Virus record (IMG/VR): IMGVR_UViG_3300037714_000576
Span: 1-63,930 of that record
Reading direction: 5' to 3' (one strand)
Length of the DNA stretch: 63,930 bases
DNA from: a virus
Taxonomy: Duplodnaviria > Caudoviricetes
The position numbers and the translations under genes are program-made. The notes under the pieces were generated by a model, which saw only the letters and a list, made by a program, of their open reading frames with translations, had not been told where the DNA came from and did not search any database. This document shows, one piece after another, positions 29,100 to 39,370 of this stretch; within the stretch, counting starts at the first letter, position 1, and every line of letters starts with the position of its first letter.

Positions 29100-29335
29100 C
29101 GCGGCATGGTCCGGATAAAGCCAAAGCGTTCGAGGACTGCAATCAATCCTTCGCTGTGATCGTTGCATAAGACTGATCTGCGCGGATACGTGTGTTCAAC
29201 TCCTGGTACATGCACCGTCCAACACTGAAAGGGTGCGTCACTGTTGAAGCCGTCTCCGCTGCGAATGGTGCACATCTTCGTGCAACCTTCATGGTCGCAT
29301 CTATACGTAGAAACGCAGTCACGATCTATGCCCAT
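29096..29335 (-). CDS. Small Cys/His protein
   Basis: CDHEGC...LCNDH; overlap coupling. Confidence 0.5.
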   Translation of the reverse strand: MGIDRDCVSTYRCDHEGCTKMCTIRSGDGFNSDAPFQCWTVHVPGVEHTYPRRSVLCNDHSEGLIAVLERFGFIRTMPR

Positions 29336-29642
29336 GATTATCCCTTTCGTACTGTGCGGCGTTCAATGTTGTCATCAAGCGTGCGCGGATGATATGGCGC
29401 TGCTCGAGGATAGCATCATTCACTTCAAACTGTGGAACGTCCAAAGCGATGGCCAAACGTGCAACAACCGCCGTAAGTGTCGGCATGTGCATTGTTTCGT
29501 CTATTCGGTCAAACAACAGTTTCAGGATGTCGTTCGTTACAGACTGTGTTTGAGCACAGAGTGGATCTTTGCAGTCGCACTGCGGCATATGTACTGACTC
29601 TGAAGTGACGGTTCCATCGGGTCGAAAAAACGGAGTGGTCAT
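29319..29642 (-). CDS. Hypothetical protein
   Basis: Overlap coupling. Confidence 0.55.
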   Translation of the reverse strand: MTTPFFRPDGTVTSESVHMPQCDCKDPLCAQTQSVTNDILKLLFDRIDETMHMPTLTAVVARLAIALDVPQFEVNDAILEQRHIIRARLMTTLNAAQYERDNHGHRS

Positions 29643-29962
29643 GATGTGGCCTTTCTGGCTTCGAGCTGATCAGCGACTGCGAACTCACGTGCGACAAACG
29701 TGTCGCGGTCCCATGTGGAATCACGTTTCACATGCACCGCAGCGATTGCAAGCGCTTGAGCCCGCCACCAGGCTGCCCACGTCTCGTCAATGGAATCTCC
29801 GCGGAGTTCAACTGTTCGATAGACCTCGCGCTGGAGCATGGACGGGACCATGCGCCAACACGTCTTGCACATCAGCCACCGAGGCGGACAGGGAATTTTG
29901 CAGCCGATCGCATGGCAATGATGAACTACCGTAGATGACATTTCAGCCCTCGATTCAAACAT
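29639..29962 (-). CDS. Zn-binding phage protein
   Basis: HCHAIGC....PP..LMC..CW..VP. Confidence 0.6.
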   Translation of the reverse strand: MFESRAEMSSTVVHHCHAIGCKIPCPPRWLMCKTCWRMVPSMLQREVYRTVELRGDSIDETWAAWWRAQALAIAAVHVKRDSTWDRDTFVAREFAVADQLEARKATS

Positions 29963-30266
29963 TGCCGTGGTCTGTTAACGCGAATGCTACGGTTTCCAAC
30001 GCGCGGTTGAGGTCTTCGACAAAGGTGCTGGCAAAAGCTACTGCCAAACTGCGGAGGTCGGGCAGGCTTGGATCACCTTCAATTTCTTTCTCCGCGATTG
30101 TATTACCATCGGCATCAACAATCTGTACCGCAGCTGAATAAGAATTACCTTCTTCGAAGGACATGGCGCATACGCCTTGCAATTGGTACGGCCCGAATGG
30201 AATCCAAGTTGAGGAACCATCGGCATGATCGCGCCAAACCGGCTGCTTTGTTGTCGTCATAGTCAT
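29955..30266 (-). CDS. Hypothetical protein
   Basis: GGAG SD, first gene of leftward operon. Confidence 0.6.
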   Translation of the reverse strand: MTMTTTKQPVWRDHADGSSTWIPFGPYQLQGVCAMSFEEGNSYSAAVQIVDADGNTIAEKEIEGDPSLPDLRSLAVAFASTFVEDLNRALETVAFALTDHGNV

Positions 30267-30296
30267 TCGCTCCGTACTTCGGGTATCCTTGAAGGC

Positions 30297-30662
30297 ATGC
30301 CGTCACTCGTCCTGCGGGGGGACCCGCCCAGCACCTACTGCGCCCTGGCGTTCATCGAAGGGCAACCCCGGGCCGGCTGGCGGTTCCTCGGAGCCACGGC
30401 GGTCCGATCCTTGTTCATCTTGCCGGGGCTTGCCTTTGCGGGTGCGCGCGGGTGGGGGTTGGTCAAGGGTTCGTTGTTCGCGTCGATGTCGATCAGCACC
30501 GTGCTGCTCCTTTACTACGGCTACCAGCGGGCAAAGTCCTTGGAGACGGGCAAACCCCCACCGTGGGACAACGGTTGGGGGATTGAATCGTTGACTGCGC
30601 AAACGCAGGGTGCGCAGACATCAACTGCCGGTTTCCGTGGGCTTCGCGGACTCGCCCGGTAG
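30297..30662 (+). CDS. Membrane protein with C-terminal GFRGLRGL
   Basis: Two TM segments. Confidence 0.65.
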   Translation: MPSLVLRGDPPSTYCALAFIEGQPRAGWRFLGATAVRSLFILPGLAFAGARGWGLVKGSLFASMSISTVLLLYYGYQRAKSLETGKPPPWDNGWGIESLTAQTQGAQTSTAGFRGLRGLAR

Positions 30663-30920
30663 TGCTTCGCGCTGCTGCTGTTCGTACAGTTCTTCCGCCG
30701 CTTCAAGCTGTTCGCCGAACTGCTCGCCCAAGCGTTTGAATGCGACAGCAGAATTTTTGCCGAACGCGGTGGCGTACAGGTGCTGTGCGACAGACTCTGC
30801 CTTCCACCCGATTGGGGTGATCAACGCGACATACCCGCCATGCTGACGCCTGATCTCAACTTCAAATCGTAGCGTGCCCTGGCCAGCGCCAATCAAAGGT
30901 ACGGGTGTCCAGTCTTTCAT
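30621..30920 (-). CDS. Hypothetical protein
   Basis: ATGA overlap with 30917..31147. Confidence 0.55.
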   Translation of the reverse strand: MKDWTPVPLIGAGQGTLRFEVEIRRQHGGYVALITPIGWKAESVAQHLYATAFGKNSAVAFKRLGEQFGEQLEAAEELYEQQQREALPGESAKPTETGS

Positions 30921-31147
30921 CCGCTGACCGCCTTTCGTACGATGCGCGCATCGTTCGCTAAATCGGTGTCGAGCTGATCTGCCATGTCGCGAAGGATCGT
31001 CGACAGTACGGTGGCAATCGCTGGAATCGTCGGGTTGGATCGAACTGAGTATCCGGATCCGTACTTCCCCCGAAACACGATTACGACTGCGCCGGCAGCG
31101 TCCGTTTCTTCGCGGACGTATTCACACAGCTCATCGTATGGAGCCAT
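30917..31147 (-). CDS. Small protein, paralog of 33811..34104
   Basis: YD..C.YVRE.T.A.G.V.IV..G..G.G.S shared. Confidence 0.7.
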   Translation of the reverse strand: MAPYDELCEYVREETDAAGAVVIVFRGKYGSGYSVRSNPTIPAIATVLSTILRDMADQLDTDLANDARIVRKAVSG

Positions 31148-31189
31148 TGGATCCCCCGATCACCCGTCCCCGCGGAAGTGCGAAAGAAA

Positions 31190-31837
31190 CTACCCTGCGA
31201 GCAACGCGGCGCACTCCGCGTAAGCACTGGAGAGTTGGCTAAAGTGCTCCGGATCGGCTCCCGGCCGATCGGGGTGGCGGACTTTGGCGAGTCGCCGAAA
31301 GACGGTGTCGAGCTCGTCTCGCGGGACCGGCCAACGCTCGAGCCCTAGCACCTCCGCACACTTTGGCCGCGTAGAGATCGGGTTATCTGCCGCGAGTGTG
31401 TGAATCCGAAAACTTTGTTGCATGCGACCAAAGATCTGTGTTGCCTTGGTCCGCTGTACACCGCGCATGTGTCGAATGTTCAACGCGATCGCACGGAAGT
31501 TTCCCTGCACTGTATCCCACGCGTCGCAAGCGATCGCGCAGGTCTCTCCACTACTATCGATCCACCAGACGGCCGCCCCGGGATCCAAAGGTTCCTCGGG
31601 ATTGGTATAGAAGCTCCCGTCTCGGCGGGTGATCATGTCCGACGACAACATCACCTGGACATATCCGTTACTTCGTCTGGTAACAAGCAGACGAAGTTCG
31701 GTGATGATGATCTCTCGAGAATCCTCTAAAGGTGCGCGGTACGGTGCACGGGTTCGTTCGTGGACGGTTGTACGCCCCCAGCTCTCCGGCCATTGGAGCG
31801 GGTAGGGGCGCTCGGGAAGAGCGCTGCTAATCGACAC
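31190..31837 (-). CDS. Phage J-domain (DnaJ-like) protein
   Basis: YPLQWP..W.RT N terminus, DPGAAVWW, IACD.W; C-terminal FRRLAKVRHPD. Confidence 0.85.
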   Translation of the reverse strand: MSISSALPERPYPLQWPESWGRTTVHERTRAPYRAPLEDSREIIITELRLLVTRRSNGYVQVMLSSDMITRRDGSFYTNPEEPLDPGAAVWWIDSSGETCAIACDAWDTVQGNFRAIALNIRHMRGVQRTKATQIFGRMQQSFRIHTLAADNPISTRPKCAEVLGLERWPVPRDELDTVFRRLAKVRHPDRPGADPEHFSQLSSAYAECAALLAG

Positions 31838-32007
31838 TGAAAACCCCCCAAAAAATGTGCGGCGACACGGCAACGGGTACCACGTGGTGTTTTTCGGCGC
31901 AACAGTAAACACACTGTGGTATTTCGGATCCGAAATGGCGACGCGCCGTGAAAACGCTGCACAAATGTGATGCAGGACAAAGTCTGACGTTAGGAGACAT
32001 TTCGAAA

Positions 32008-32322
32008 ATGAAACAATGCGCGCACTGCCCGTGGAAGACGTCCACAGATCCGAACAAAGACATCCCAAATGGGTACAACCGACGTCTGCACATTCAGCTG
32101 CGACGTACGTTGGCTAAGCCGGGAGAATTAGATTTCAGACTGCGGGCGATGGCTTGTCACGAATCCCCAAAAGGCGCGGAGTATCCGTGCGTCGGCTGGG
32201 TGAACCACCAATTGAACGAAGGCAATAACATCGCGTTACGTCTGCTCGCACGAGATGGCCGATTCAAAAATCTACAACTCGACGGCGAACAACACGGCAC
32301 GTTCGAAGCCACATTGGGGTGA
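32008..32322 (+). CDS. DUF6283-like Cys-rich protein
   Basis: C..CPW, MACH, CVGW. Confidence 0.65.
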   Translation: MKQCAHCPWKTSTDPNKDIPNGYNRRLHIQLRRTLAKPGELDFRLRAMACHESPKGAEYPCVGWVNHQLNEGNNIALRLLARDGRFKNLQLDGEQHGTFEATLG

Positions 32323-32573
32323 AGAATGCGTTCGCAATTGAGGTGCAAGCACACTGGCGCCAAGGTCTTCGATTGTGAAACTGTCCGCACAGCTCGCAGT
32401 CGGTCAGAAGGAAGTCCTGCAGATTGAAATGTGCCTGCAGTGCATCGCACGGATCGGTGCGGTAATCAGTGATTGCGCGGGCGAGAGCCTAATTCAAATT
32501 CTGCTGAATGGAGAAAAACACTAGACAGCCTAATTCGAATGCACTATGGAAACCCAAAACCGGCGAGATTTTG

Positions 32574-32834
32574 ATGAACGAACCAAGCAAGTCGAAACGC
32601 ATAGCGATTGCGGCTGAGTGTATGACCGCATTGACACCCATTCTCGCGAAGTACGCTGGTATGGAAGTTGTCGTGTCTTTCAGCCTGCCACGTGAGAGCG
32701 CACCAAACACGTTCGCGACCTGCGTTGCGTCAAATATCACGGACCACGAGTATGCGATCGAGCTGCTCAACAACAGCGCACGGGAAATCAAGGAACAGCT
32801 CGTTGTGCGACACGGTGTAGGCCATGACTGCTGA
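32574..32834 (+). CDS. Hypothetical protein
   Basis: Operon packing. Confidence 0.5.
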   Translation: MNEPSKSKRIAIAAECMTALTPILAKYAGMEVVVSFSLPRESAPNTFATCVASNITDHEYAIELLNNSAREIKEQLVVRHGVGHDC

Positions 32835-33273
32835 TACCGAGCGAGATCGAATTGTGAGGCACCTCGGGTGGTTGGCTACGCAAGCAAAGTCACGCGAAGT
32901 GCAAGTCGCGCTTTCGTACGCGATGGCAACGGTGATCCGTGGTGACGCCAGCCTGAAGCAGACGCAGTCGCAACCGGAGCTTCCAAGGGATCTCTTTCAT
33001 CCCACGACGACGGCTGCACTAATAGAACGTGAGCACCGTGCACTGATCTGGAACATCGCCGCCCGAGCTGTCGGTCTCGGGATCTTCAAGATCACAATGC
33101 ACGGTGTGGCGTTGGTCATGATCACTCACCGGCATTGTCCGCTGCGGCTTGCTGATTTGCTTGCGGCAGAAGACCATGACTTTGTGCACGATATTGTGGG
33201 CATCGCGAAGCACATTGATTGGGACACCGGCAAGTTGGGTGGTGCCTTCCTTCCACGCTTTCGGAGTGTGTAA
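32824..33273 (+). CDS. Conserved phage protein (DUF6874-like C terminus)
   Basis: CPLRL..LL.A.D.DF.HDI.GI..H.D..TGKL...FLPRF. Confidence 0.7.
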   Translation: MTADTERDRIVRHLGWLATQAKSREVQVALSYAMATVIRGDASLKQTQSQPELPRDLFHPTTTAALIEREHRALIWNIAARAVGLGIFKITMHGVALVMITHRHCPLRLADLLAAEDHDFVHDIVGIAKHIDWDTGKLGGAFLPRFRSV

Positions 33274-33572
33274 TGGGCGCGAAAGACCCGAAAGTGGACG
33301 TTAAAAAGCTCCGCACGTCATTGAAACTCACACGTCCGGCATTTGCGCGGCTCGTTGGTGTTGATTTCCGAACGGTAATCCGTTGGGAAAAAGGCGATGT
33401 CGTGCCACAAGGCGCTGCTCTTGCCGTGATGCTGGCGTTTCGCACGTGTCTTGCGGACCGGGGTAGGGCTAAGGCAACACGTGTGTTCGCGAGACAAGCC
33501 ACACAGCTCGGTGGACTCGGAAGCATGCTGCTTCAGCTGTTGGAGTTCCAAAACGGGAAGAAATCTCTATGA
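33273..33572 (+). CDS. XRE-family HTH regulator
   Basis: VKKLRTSLKLTRPAFARLVGVDFRTVIRWEKG. Confidence 0.85.
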   Translation: MGAKDPKVDVKKLRTSLKLTRPAFARLVGVDFRTVIRWEKGDVVPQGAALAVMLAFRTCLADRGRAKATRVFARQATQLGGLGSMLLQLLEFQNGKKSL

Positions 33573-33814
33573 ATGTCGAAACGGAATTGGTCTACACACG
33601 TGCTGCGAGGGTGTTAGAAATGCTGACACGCACCGGTGCGCCATTGGATAAATTCACCGCAACAGCTCTGGTCATGTCCGGCGCGCTAATGGCGAAGGTC
33701 AGTACGGGTTACAAGATCACACGCGAGGAATGGCTCGCGACGTGCGCAAGTGTGTTCGATACGGCCGATGCGGTGGCCAAAGAATTTGCGGAGCCAGAAA
33801 CGAGGCCTCAATGA
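33569..33814 (+). CDS. Hypothetical protein
   Basis: ATGA overlaps at both ends. Confidence 0.6.
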   Translation: MNVETELVYTRAARVLEMLTRTGAPLDKFTATALVMSGALMAKVSTGYKITREEWLATCASVFDTADAVAKEFAEPETRPQ

Positions 33815-34104
33815 GTGCCGGACCGGGGAAATACGACGCGTATTGCACATACGTCCGCGAGGCGACGAACGCACAAGGCTGCGTACTCATTGTAATCCAC
33901 GGCGACAAAGGGATGGGTGTCAGCATTCAGATTGAACCTGGAACCCTAGTACAATGTGACATCCCGCGTGTCTTGCGCGAGCTCGCTACTAAGGTAGAAG
34001 TCGATCGCAAGCGTCTGATCGCGTTCGCGGCAGTCGCAACAGCCAAAACGACCGAAATCGCTGAACTGATCGACGTGCACACGCGCAAACCCGACGACAA
34101 TTGA
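33811..34104 (+). CDS. Small protein, paralog of 30917..31147
   Basis: Shared motif. Confidence 0.7.
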   Translation: MSAGPGKYDAYCTYVREATNAQGCVLIVIHGDKGMGVSIQIEPGTLVQCDIPRVLRELATKVEVDRKRLIAFAAVATAKTTEIAELIDVHTRKPDDN

Positions 34105-34854
34105 TTTTCGATTGTCAAGAAAGCACGATTACGAATCGCGAAATCGACTATTGCGAGCCAGAACCAGGTAGGCAAGGCCAAAAGGGGGCACGTGGCGTAC
34201 TTTTCGTAGCTCACCCCAGCTGAGCCACTTTTGGCCTACATGTACGTCGCACACTGTCGCACCTAGCCCGCGCCACCCCAGTGCGGTGCCCCACCAGAGG
34301 TTGGCATGCTACTTGCCGCATGCCTGGTATACTAGTATACCGAAGAAAAGTGCAAACATTGTAAATAGTATGTTTGCGGCCCCGTCACATAGGGGCAAGG
34401 CAAGAGAGGCCCTGCCAAGGACGTCGCTCAAAGCGCCTTCCTTGCACGAGATGGCGCCCCTCAGGGGGCGCCCTTGCAGGCCTGGTGAGGAGCCCGGCGC
34501 ACACGTTCCCAGCCACGTAGACGCTGGAATCGTGAGGCCGCAAGGGAGGTTTTGGCGCTCTTTGATAACCAAACGCAACGTAGCTCCCGTGGAGGGAACT
34601 GGTGTGAAAGGTATTCACGCACCCAGGACGACTCCACGGTGTCACTAGGCCCGCTGGCGCGGGGTAACTGGGAGCTACGTAGCGATGCTGGGCGCGCAAC
34701 GGATCGCAGTGCGCTCGAACCACAAAAACCACTCTAAAGACGATTCACACACGATTTTCTGGGCAAGCCACCAAGGTTTGCACCTTGCTCGCTACATTCG
34801 AGCGCCACAACAGGCTTTCGAATGCAGTAGGGAAGGGATCGAAAGGTCGTAAAC
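34105..34854. promoter_or_regulatory. Long palindrome-rich non-coding control region
   Basis: No convincing ORF; GGTATACTAGTATACC 34326-34341, GCAAACAT/ATGTTTGC 34352-34377, GGCGCCCC-N4-GGGGCGCC 34453-34472. Confidence 0.55.
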
Positions 34855-35229
34855 ATGACAACCAAGGCACAGTTACTGAGCGTTCTGGCCAATACCGAAC
34901 GGCAGCTTGCAGCGAGTGAACGCAGTTACATCGCGGCGTTCGAATGGTTTTGCGCCGAAACGCGCGGCGAAATGCCGCTATGCATCGACGTAGCTGGCGA
35001 CAGTGGAATTCGTGTCCTTGTGCACGGGCTGACACGCGCGTGCGGCGGGGTCGCTGTCGTGAGCCTTCCGGCCGAGAGTTTCCGGGACATGCCGGAGCAT
35101 CTCGACGACCTTCTGCCACGATGGTTTGCTGACAATGATGCCAACATCCGGCACGCCGCGCGTAGCATCGAATCGGCGCGCACGGCAGCTACCGCCTACC
35201 AGCAAACTGCACACCTGAACGATTTTTGA
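34855..35229 (+). CDS. Hypothetical protein, first gene of cassette-like array
   Basis: Stop abuts first repeat element. Confidence 0.7.
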   Translation: MTTKAQLLSVLANTERQLAASERSYIAAFEWFCAETRGEMPLCIDVAGDSGIRVLVHGLTRACGGVAVVSLPAESFRDMPEHLDDLLPRWFADNDANIRHAARSIESARTAATAYQQTAHLNDF

Positions 35230-35282
35230 AGCGCTGGCACGCACACTGCCGGCGCTTTAGGCGTTTAAGGAGAGAATCGAAC

Positions 35283-35480
35283 ATGGCAAGCAATCGCAAA
35301 ATGACTTGGCACGTGGTTACCAGTCAGGGCCGCATCGTACTCGGTGTGTACGGTGAGGCCCTGCTTTCGCACGCACAGCGGCAAGCGGCCGAGGTCGAGC
35401 GCTCCACGGGCCTGCCTGCGTTCGTCGAACAGGTGCGCGCAACGTGGGCGCGCCGGCCCTTCGTGGGAGCGTGCATCTAA
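35283..35480 (+). CDS. Hypothetical protein (array)
   Basis: ATG follows repeat SD. Confidence 0.7.
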   Translation: MASNRKMTWHVVTSQGRIVLGVYGEALLSHAQRQAAEVERSTGLPAFVEQVRATWARRPFVGACI

Positions 35481-35800
35481 ATGAAGCGTCGCAACTCACA
35501 CTTGACCGAGTGGCGTTCACTGAGATCAACGATGACGTGCGCTTCAAGACGTTGACTGACTTGCGTCTCAGTGCGCCCGAGCGCGCACGCACGGCTGGTG
35601 ACTCCAATAAGGCCTACGACTTGATCGCGAAAAGCGCGATTTCGTTCGCCGCGGACGAAGATAATGCGATCTACAGGTTCGCATTTTGCGACAGTGACCA
35701 CGGTGAGGCCATTATCAGCCGCAAGTTGGGTGTTCCGGAGTGGTGATCAAGCGTTGGGTTCGACTCCCAGCGCTATACGCGTTTAAAGGGGAACGAGGAA

Positions 35801-36313
35801 ATGAACATTGACGACACGATCGCGATCGCACAACGCGTGCTCGATCATCTGCGCACAGGCTCGATCGCCGACGCGCAGTCGACCACAGAAATCCTTGCGG
35901 CTGAAATCGCAAATCTGATCGTTGCCGCCAATGTAGGCGAAACCGTCGCAACGCGAATTGCACGGATGCAGCTTACAGATATTAAAGAGACTCGACTGGA
36001 GACACTCACAATCGCCCATCCATTAGTGGACGATGCCACGTTTGCGCAGATCTCCAATGCCCTACGTGTGAGCCGCAAGGCCACGGTGATCCTACCCGCA
36101 CACCGGTACGAGAATCTCTCGCGCGGCAAGGGATGGGCCCGCAAAGGTAAGGGTACGTCGGCTGAATGGGGCGAACGCGTAGACGGCGGCTATCGCGTCG
36201 GGCCCGGTCGCTGGACTGTGGGCGCCAGTGATGGCTTTCACCGCAAGGACGAGGATGTGTGGAACGTCGAACACATCAAGATGGGCGATATGACCTGGAC
36301 AATCGCAAACTAA
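35801..36313 (+). CDS. Hypothetical protein (array)
   Basis: Bounded by repeats on both sides. Confidence 0.8.
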   Translation: MNIDDTIAIAQRVLDHLRTGSIADAQSTTEILAAEIANLIVAANVGETVATRIARMQLTDIKETRLETLTIAHPLVDDATFAQISNALRVSRKATVILPAHRYENLSRGKGWARKGKGTSAEWGERVDGGYRVGPGRWTVGASDGFHRKDEDVWNVEHIKMGDMTWTIAN

Positions 36314-36361
36314 GCGCCACGCCTCACACCGTGGCGCCAAACGCGTTTAAGGAGACCTCAC

Positions 36362-36559
36362 ATGGACCCAAATGCATGTCTCGAACGCTGGCGCCGCGCA
36401 CTGGCCGGCAAGAATCGCAGTGAAGCACGTGCGGCACGTATGGATCTGGTCGGTTGGCTTCGAAGCGGGGGTTTTTGGCCAAAAAACATCACAACCGCGG
36501 AGCTGGCAATCTTCAAGCGCTACCACGGCCTTGTGCCATCTGCTGCCGCAAACACGTAG
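36362..36559 (+). CDS. Small phage protein (MDPNACL...W...GGF.P)
   Basis: Bounded by repeats. Confidence 0.8.
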   Translation: MDPNACLERWRRALAGKNRSEARAARMDLVGWLRSGGFWPKNITTAELAIFKRYHGLVPSAAANT

Positions 36560-36618
36560 TTCCAAGCGTCGAGTTCAACTCTCGACGCCAAACGCATTTA
36601 AAGGGGTAGTCCAAAACC

Positions 36619-36918
36619 ATGACCGTGAATCCATTTCAGTCCGCGGTAGACAATAACATCAACTTCGAACACATGCGCGCGCTCGCACTGATCGTCCGCT
36701 GCGCACACACCGAAAGCGACGTGTTCACGGGTTGCCGCGTGTATCGTGCTCTCAGCGACTACACAGAACCAAGCATCAACGGCTATCTGGAGGGTTGCCA
36801 CTTCGAAGCGTGGGTAGACGATGGCATGATTCCGTATCTCGACGCGCTGCAAGGCAAGGCGGACGAATTCCTCACGAGCCACGTCGAGACGCAGCATCAC
36901 ACGCAGATCGATCGCTAG
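36619..36918 (+). CDS. Acidic hypothetical protein (array)
   Basis: Bounded by repeats. Confidence 0.75.
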   Translation: MTVNPFQSAVDNNINFEHMRALALIVRCAHTESDVFTGCRVYRALSDYTEPSINGYLEGCHFEAWVDDGMIPYLDALQGKADEFLTSHVETQHHTQIDR

Positions 36919-36974
36919 TTCCAGGCGTCGGGTTTGACTCCCGGCGCTGTAGGCATTTAAAAGGGGTGAACACA

Positions 36975-37952
36975 ATGGACATTCACGCTCGGCTCAAAAG
37001 CTTGCGTCAATCGCGAGAAATTCTAGGAATACGTACCAAGTTTCGTCGTTGGCTGCGGAGCGAAGCCGGGCTCACACGTATGCGCGAATGTGTCGAGCGG
37101 AGCGAACCACGCAGCACCCCGGACTTTCGTGGTCCGGGATTTCACTGGATCGATGGCAAGATGTATCAGGACCCGTGGACGCCGAATTGGCGCCCGGGAC
37201 TGGAATTCAACACCGGCTCTGGCCGTGCTGCGGAATGGTGTCATGTCGCCTACGAGCAATACGCACTGATTTGCCGTCTACTCCACCAGCACATGGGGTG
37301 GAGTGGCGATAAGGTGCGACTTGCGGGCAGGTCACTCACCCAAGCGGTAAACGGGGGCGGCCACACGTGGCAGCCACCAGAACCGTTCGTGCCCGTTACC
37401 GAGCTTGTGCGCGTTGCGGCACTGCCTCCCGCGTACCCTGGAAAATGGGAATACTGGAGCACAATCGAGGCGAATTCCAACCCCGCGCGAACATGCGATC
37501 CACAGACACTGCACAAGCTCGCGCAATGGCGTCTCTGGATTGCTCGTGTAGTTGCGCCTGCGTGGGGCGAGTTTATTCTCGCGCACTATCGTGCACGGCT
37601 GGCGAACGATCCTACGTACCGTACCCCCTCGATGATCGTAGGGGAGATCCGCCGTTTGCGTGGTGCAAAGGTCACAGACTTTCGCGGTTGTTCCGGCTGT
37701 CAGTACCTCGCGCGCATCGCGTTTTTGTCGACTGAAGAGCAGGATCAGCTGCTCGCACGCGCCGCGGAACCTACGCCCGTTACGCTGGCGAATGGGCTGC
37801 AGGGGATTTGCGTGCCGTTCGGCCTTTCGGCTCCGGCGGAATACGATCGTTGTCTGATTCTCGGTTTGAGCCACGAAATTCGCGTTCGCAGTGCGGATTA
37901 CGCTGCGCTCACCCCAGAACAGCTTACTGCGGTTATTCGCGTGGGTGTGTGA
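36975..37952 (+). CDS. Hypothetical protein (array)
   Basis: ATG after repeat SD; 325 aa. Confidence 0.75.
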   Translation: MDIHARLKSLRQSREILGIRTKFRRWLRSEAGLTRMRECVERSEPRSTPDFRGPGFHWIDGKMYQDPWTPNWRPGLEFNTGSGRAAEWCHVAYEQYALICRLLHQHMGWSGDKVRLAGRSLTQAVNGGGHTWQPPEPFVPVTELVRVAALPPAYPGKWEYWSTIEANSNPARTCDPQTLHKLAQWRLWIARVVAPAWGEFILAHYRARLANDPTYRTPSMIVGEIRRLRGAKVTDFRGCSGCQYLARIAFLSTEEQDQLLARAAEPTPVTLANGLQGICVPFGLSAPAEYDRCLILGLSHEIRVRSADYAALTPEQLTAVIRVGV

Positions 37953-38141
37953 TGACAGATCCGCACGAGATGGTGATGATCGACGGGCGCATCCGGGCTG
38001 TGTACACAGCCCGGACTGGACATCGGTACTACCTCGTAGACGGCGTACGTCGCTACTTGTGTGCGTAGGAGGGATGGCCGGTGAAATAGGCGCTGAGTTA
38101 GATTCTCAGCGCCAAAGGCGTTTAAGGAGCGCAAATTTCAT

Positions 38142-38441
38142 ATGCACGAAGTCGTAACCATCAACCGAGATGGCACAAACATCCGAGTATGGCTCACAGC
38201 GCCAGACTATGGCACCGCCAATCGATTTGCGATCGAACACGCGGCATTCGAACCGGGACAGATCACATACGTCCGCAATATCGAGACACCCAACACGTGT
38301 CAGGTCGCCTATGTGAGCCTTTCAGAGCTTTGCTATGGCAAGTTGTCCATGGTTGACTTCAGTTGCAACGTTCCGGTCGGGGAATTGCCTGAATTTGCCG
38401 CGAAAACAGTCGCTTGGTTCCGTGAGCACTGGAAATTGTGA
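38142..38441 (+). CDS. Hypothetical protein (array)
   Basis: ATG after repeat. Confidence 0.7.
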   Translation: MHEVVTINRDGTNIRVWLTAPDYGTANRFAIEHAAFEPGQITYVRNIETPNTCQVAYVSLSELCYGKLSMVDFSCNVPVGELPEFAAKTVAWFREHWKL

Positions 38442-38519
38442 TGCGACGATCGGGCCAAGAGCCTCGCACCTCGCGCGGAGCACACTCCGCGCCATAGGCG
38501 TTTAAAGGGGTGAGAAATC

Positions 38520-38813
38520 ATGGTGACGTACTACCAGATCGTGCAGGCCTACCGCGGCGTCGTGACGGCTGCTCGCAGACTCGACTATGCAAAGCGCTTT
38601 TCGAGCGCGCAAATACCCAACTTCAAACCGGACACGATACTGCTCGAAGGTACGCACGCGCCGATCGAAATTGGAGAGGCCCTGAAAGTGCTCCATGTCT
38701 CGCAATCGAGCTGCCGCCCGATAACGATACAAACGCACGGCTTCCGACCCATGTGCGCAACGTCAAGTTGGAGCGTACTCGCTAAGCGTCGAGTTAGACT
38801 CTCGACGCTTTAG
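38520..38813 (+). CDS. Hypothetical protein (array), possibly frameshifted
   Basis: ATG after repeat; reads into the next repeat hairpin. Confidence 0.55.
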   Translation: MVTYYQIVQAYRGVVTAARRLDYAKRFSSAQIPNFKPDTILLEGTHAPIEIGEALKVLHVSQSSCRPITIQTHGFRPMCATSSWSVLAKRRVRLSTL

Positions 38814-38835
38814 GCGTTTAAAGGGGTAGTGAAGT

Positions 38836-39192
38836 ATGGACGTCAACATCATGATTCGTGCGCTCAACAGGCTCACAGAACCGCATTTCACCAACGGGGG
38901 GCATCACATATGCACCGGTGATGCGTCGCTGGACGGTGCGATACTTGCTGGATGGTACGCAGCGAACGCGCTGGACAGTCAGCGCGAAACGGTCAAGCGC
39001 GTGTGTGATCTGTTGCGCGCAACGCAGGAGCTCAACAAAGTACAGCACGGTGTGATCCTGTCGGGTGAGCACCTGCGGATCACTGCGGCTGATTTGTGCG
39101 ATATCCTGAACGCGATTGCGTACGCCACCAGTCTGGTGTGCGACGAAATTCGCACCTTGGAGCTACTCAAGCTCAAGAAGCCGCGATCATGA
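38836..39192 (+). CDS. Hypothetical protein (array)
   Basis: ATG after repeat. Confidence 0.7.
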   Translation: MDVNIMIRALNRLTEPHFTNGGHHICTGDASLDGAILAGWYAANALDSQRETVKRVCDLLRATQELNKVQHGVILSGEHLRITAADLCDILNAIAYATSLVCDEIRTLELLKLKKPRS

Positions 39193-39370
39193 TCGTCGGG
39201 CTGCCAACATGCGCGCTTCTGCACCTACTACTACAAGAGATCTGGCGTGTCTTGTGCCGAGCGCTTTTGCGCCTGGTGATCAAACACGTTCCTGGTGGTT
39301 GGGTCGTCGCATTCACCTAAAGCGTCGGGTTTGACTCCCGACGCTTTAGGCGTTTAAGGAGCAAGAAGAA

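Noticed and set aside
35751-35773. GGGTTCGACTCCC as part of a tRNA gene
   Set aside because: No D or anticodon arms upstream; it is one copy of the repeat.
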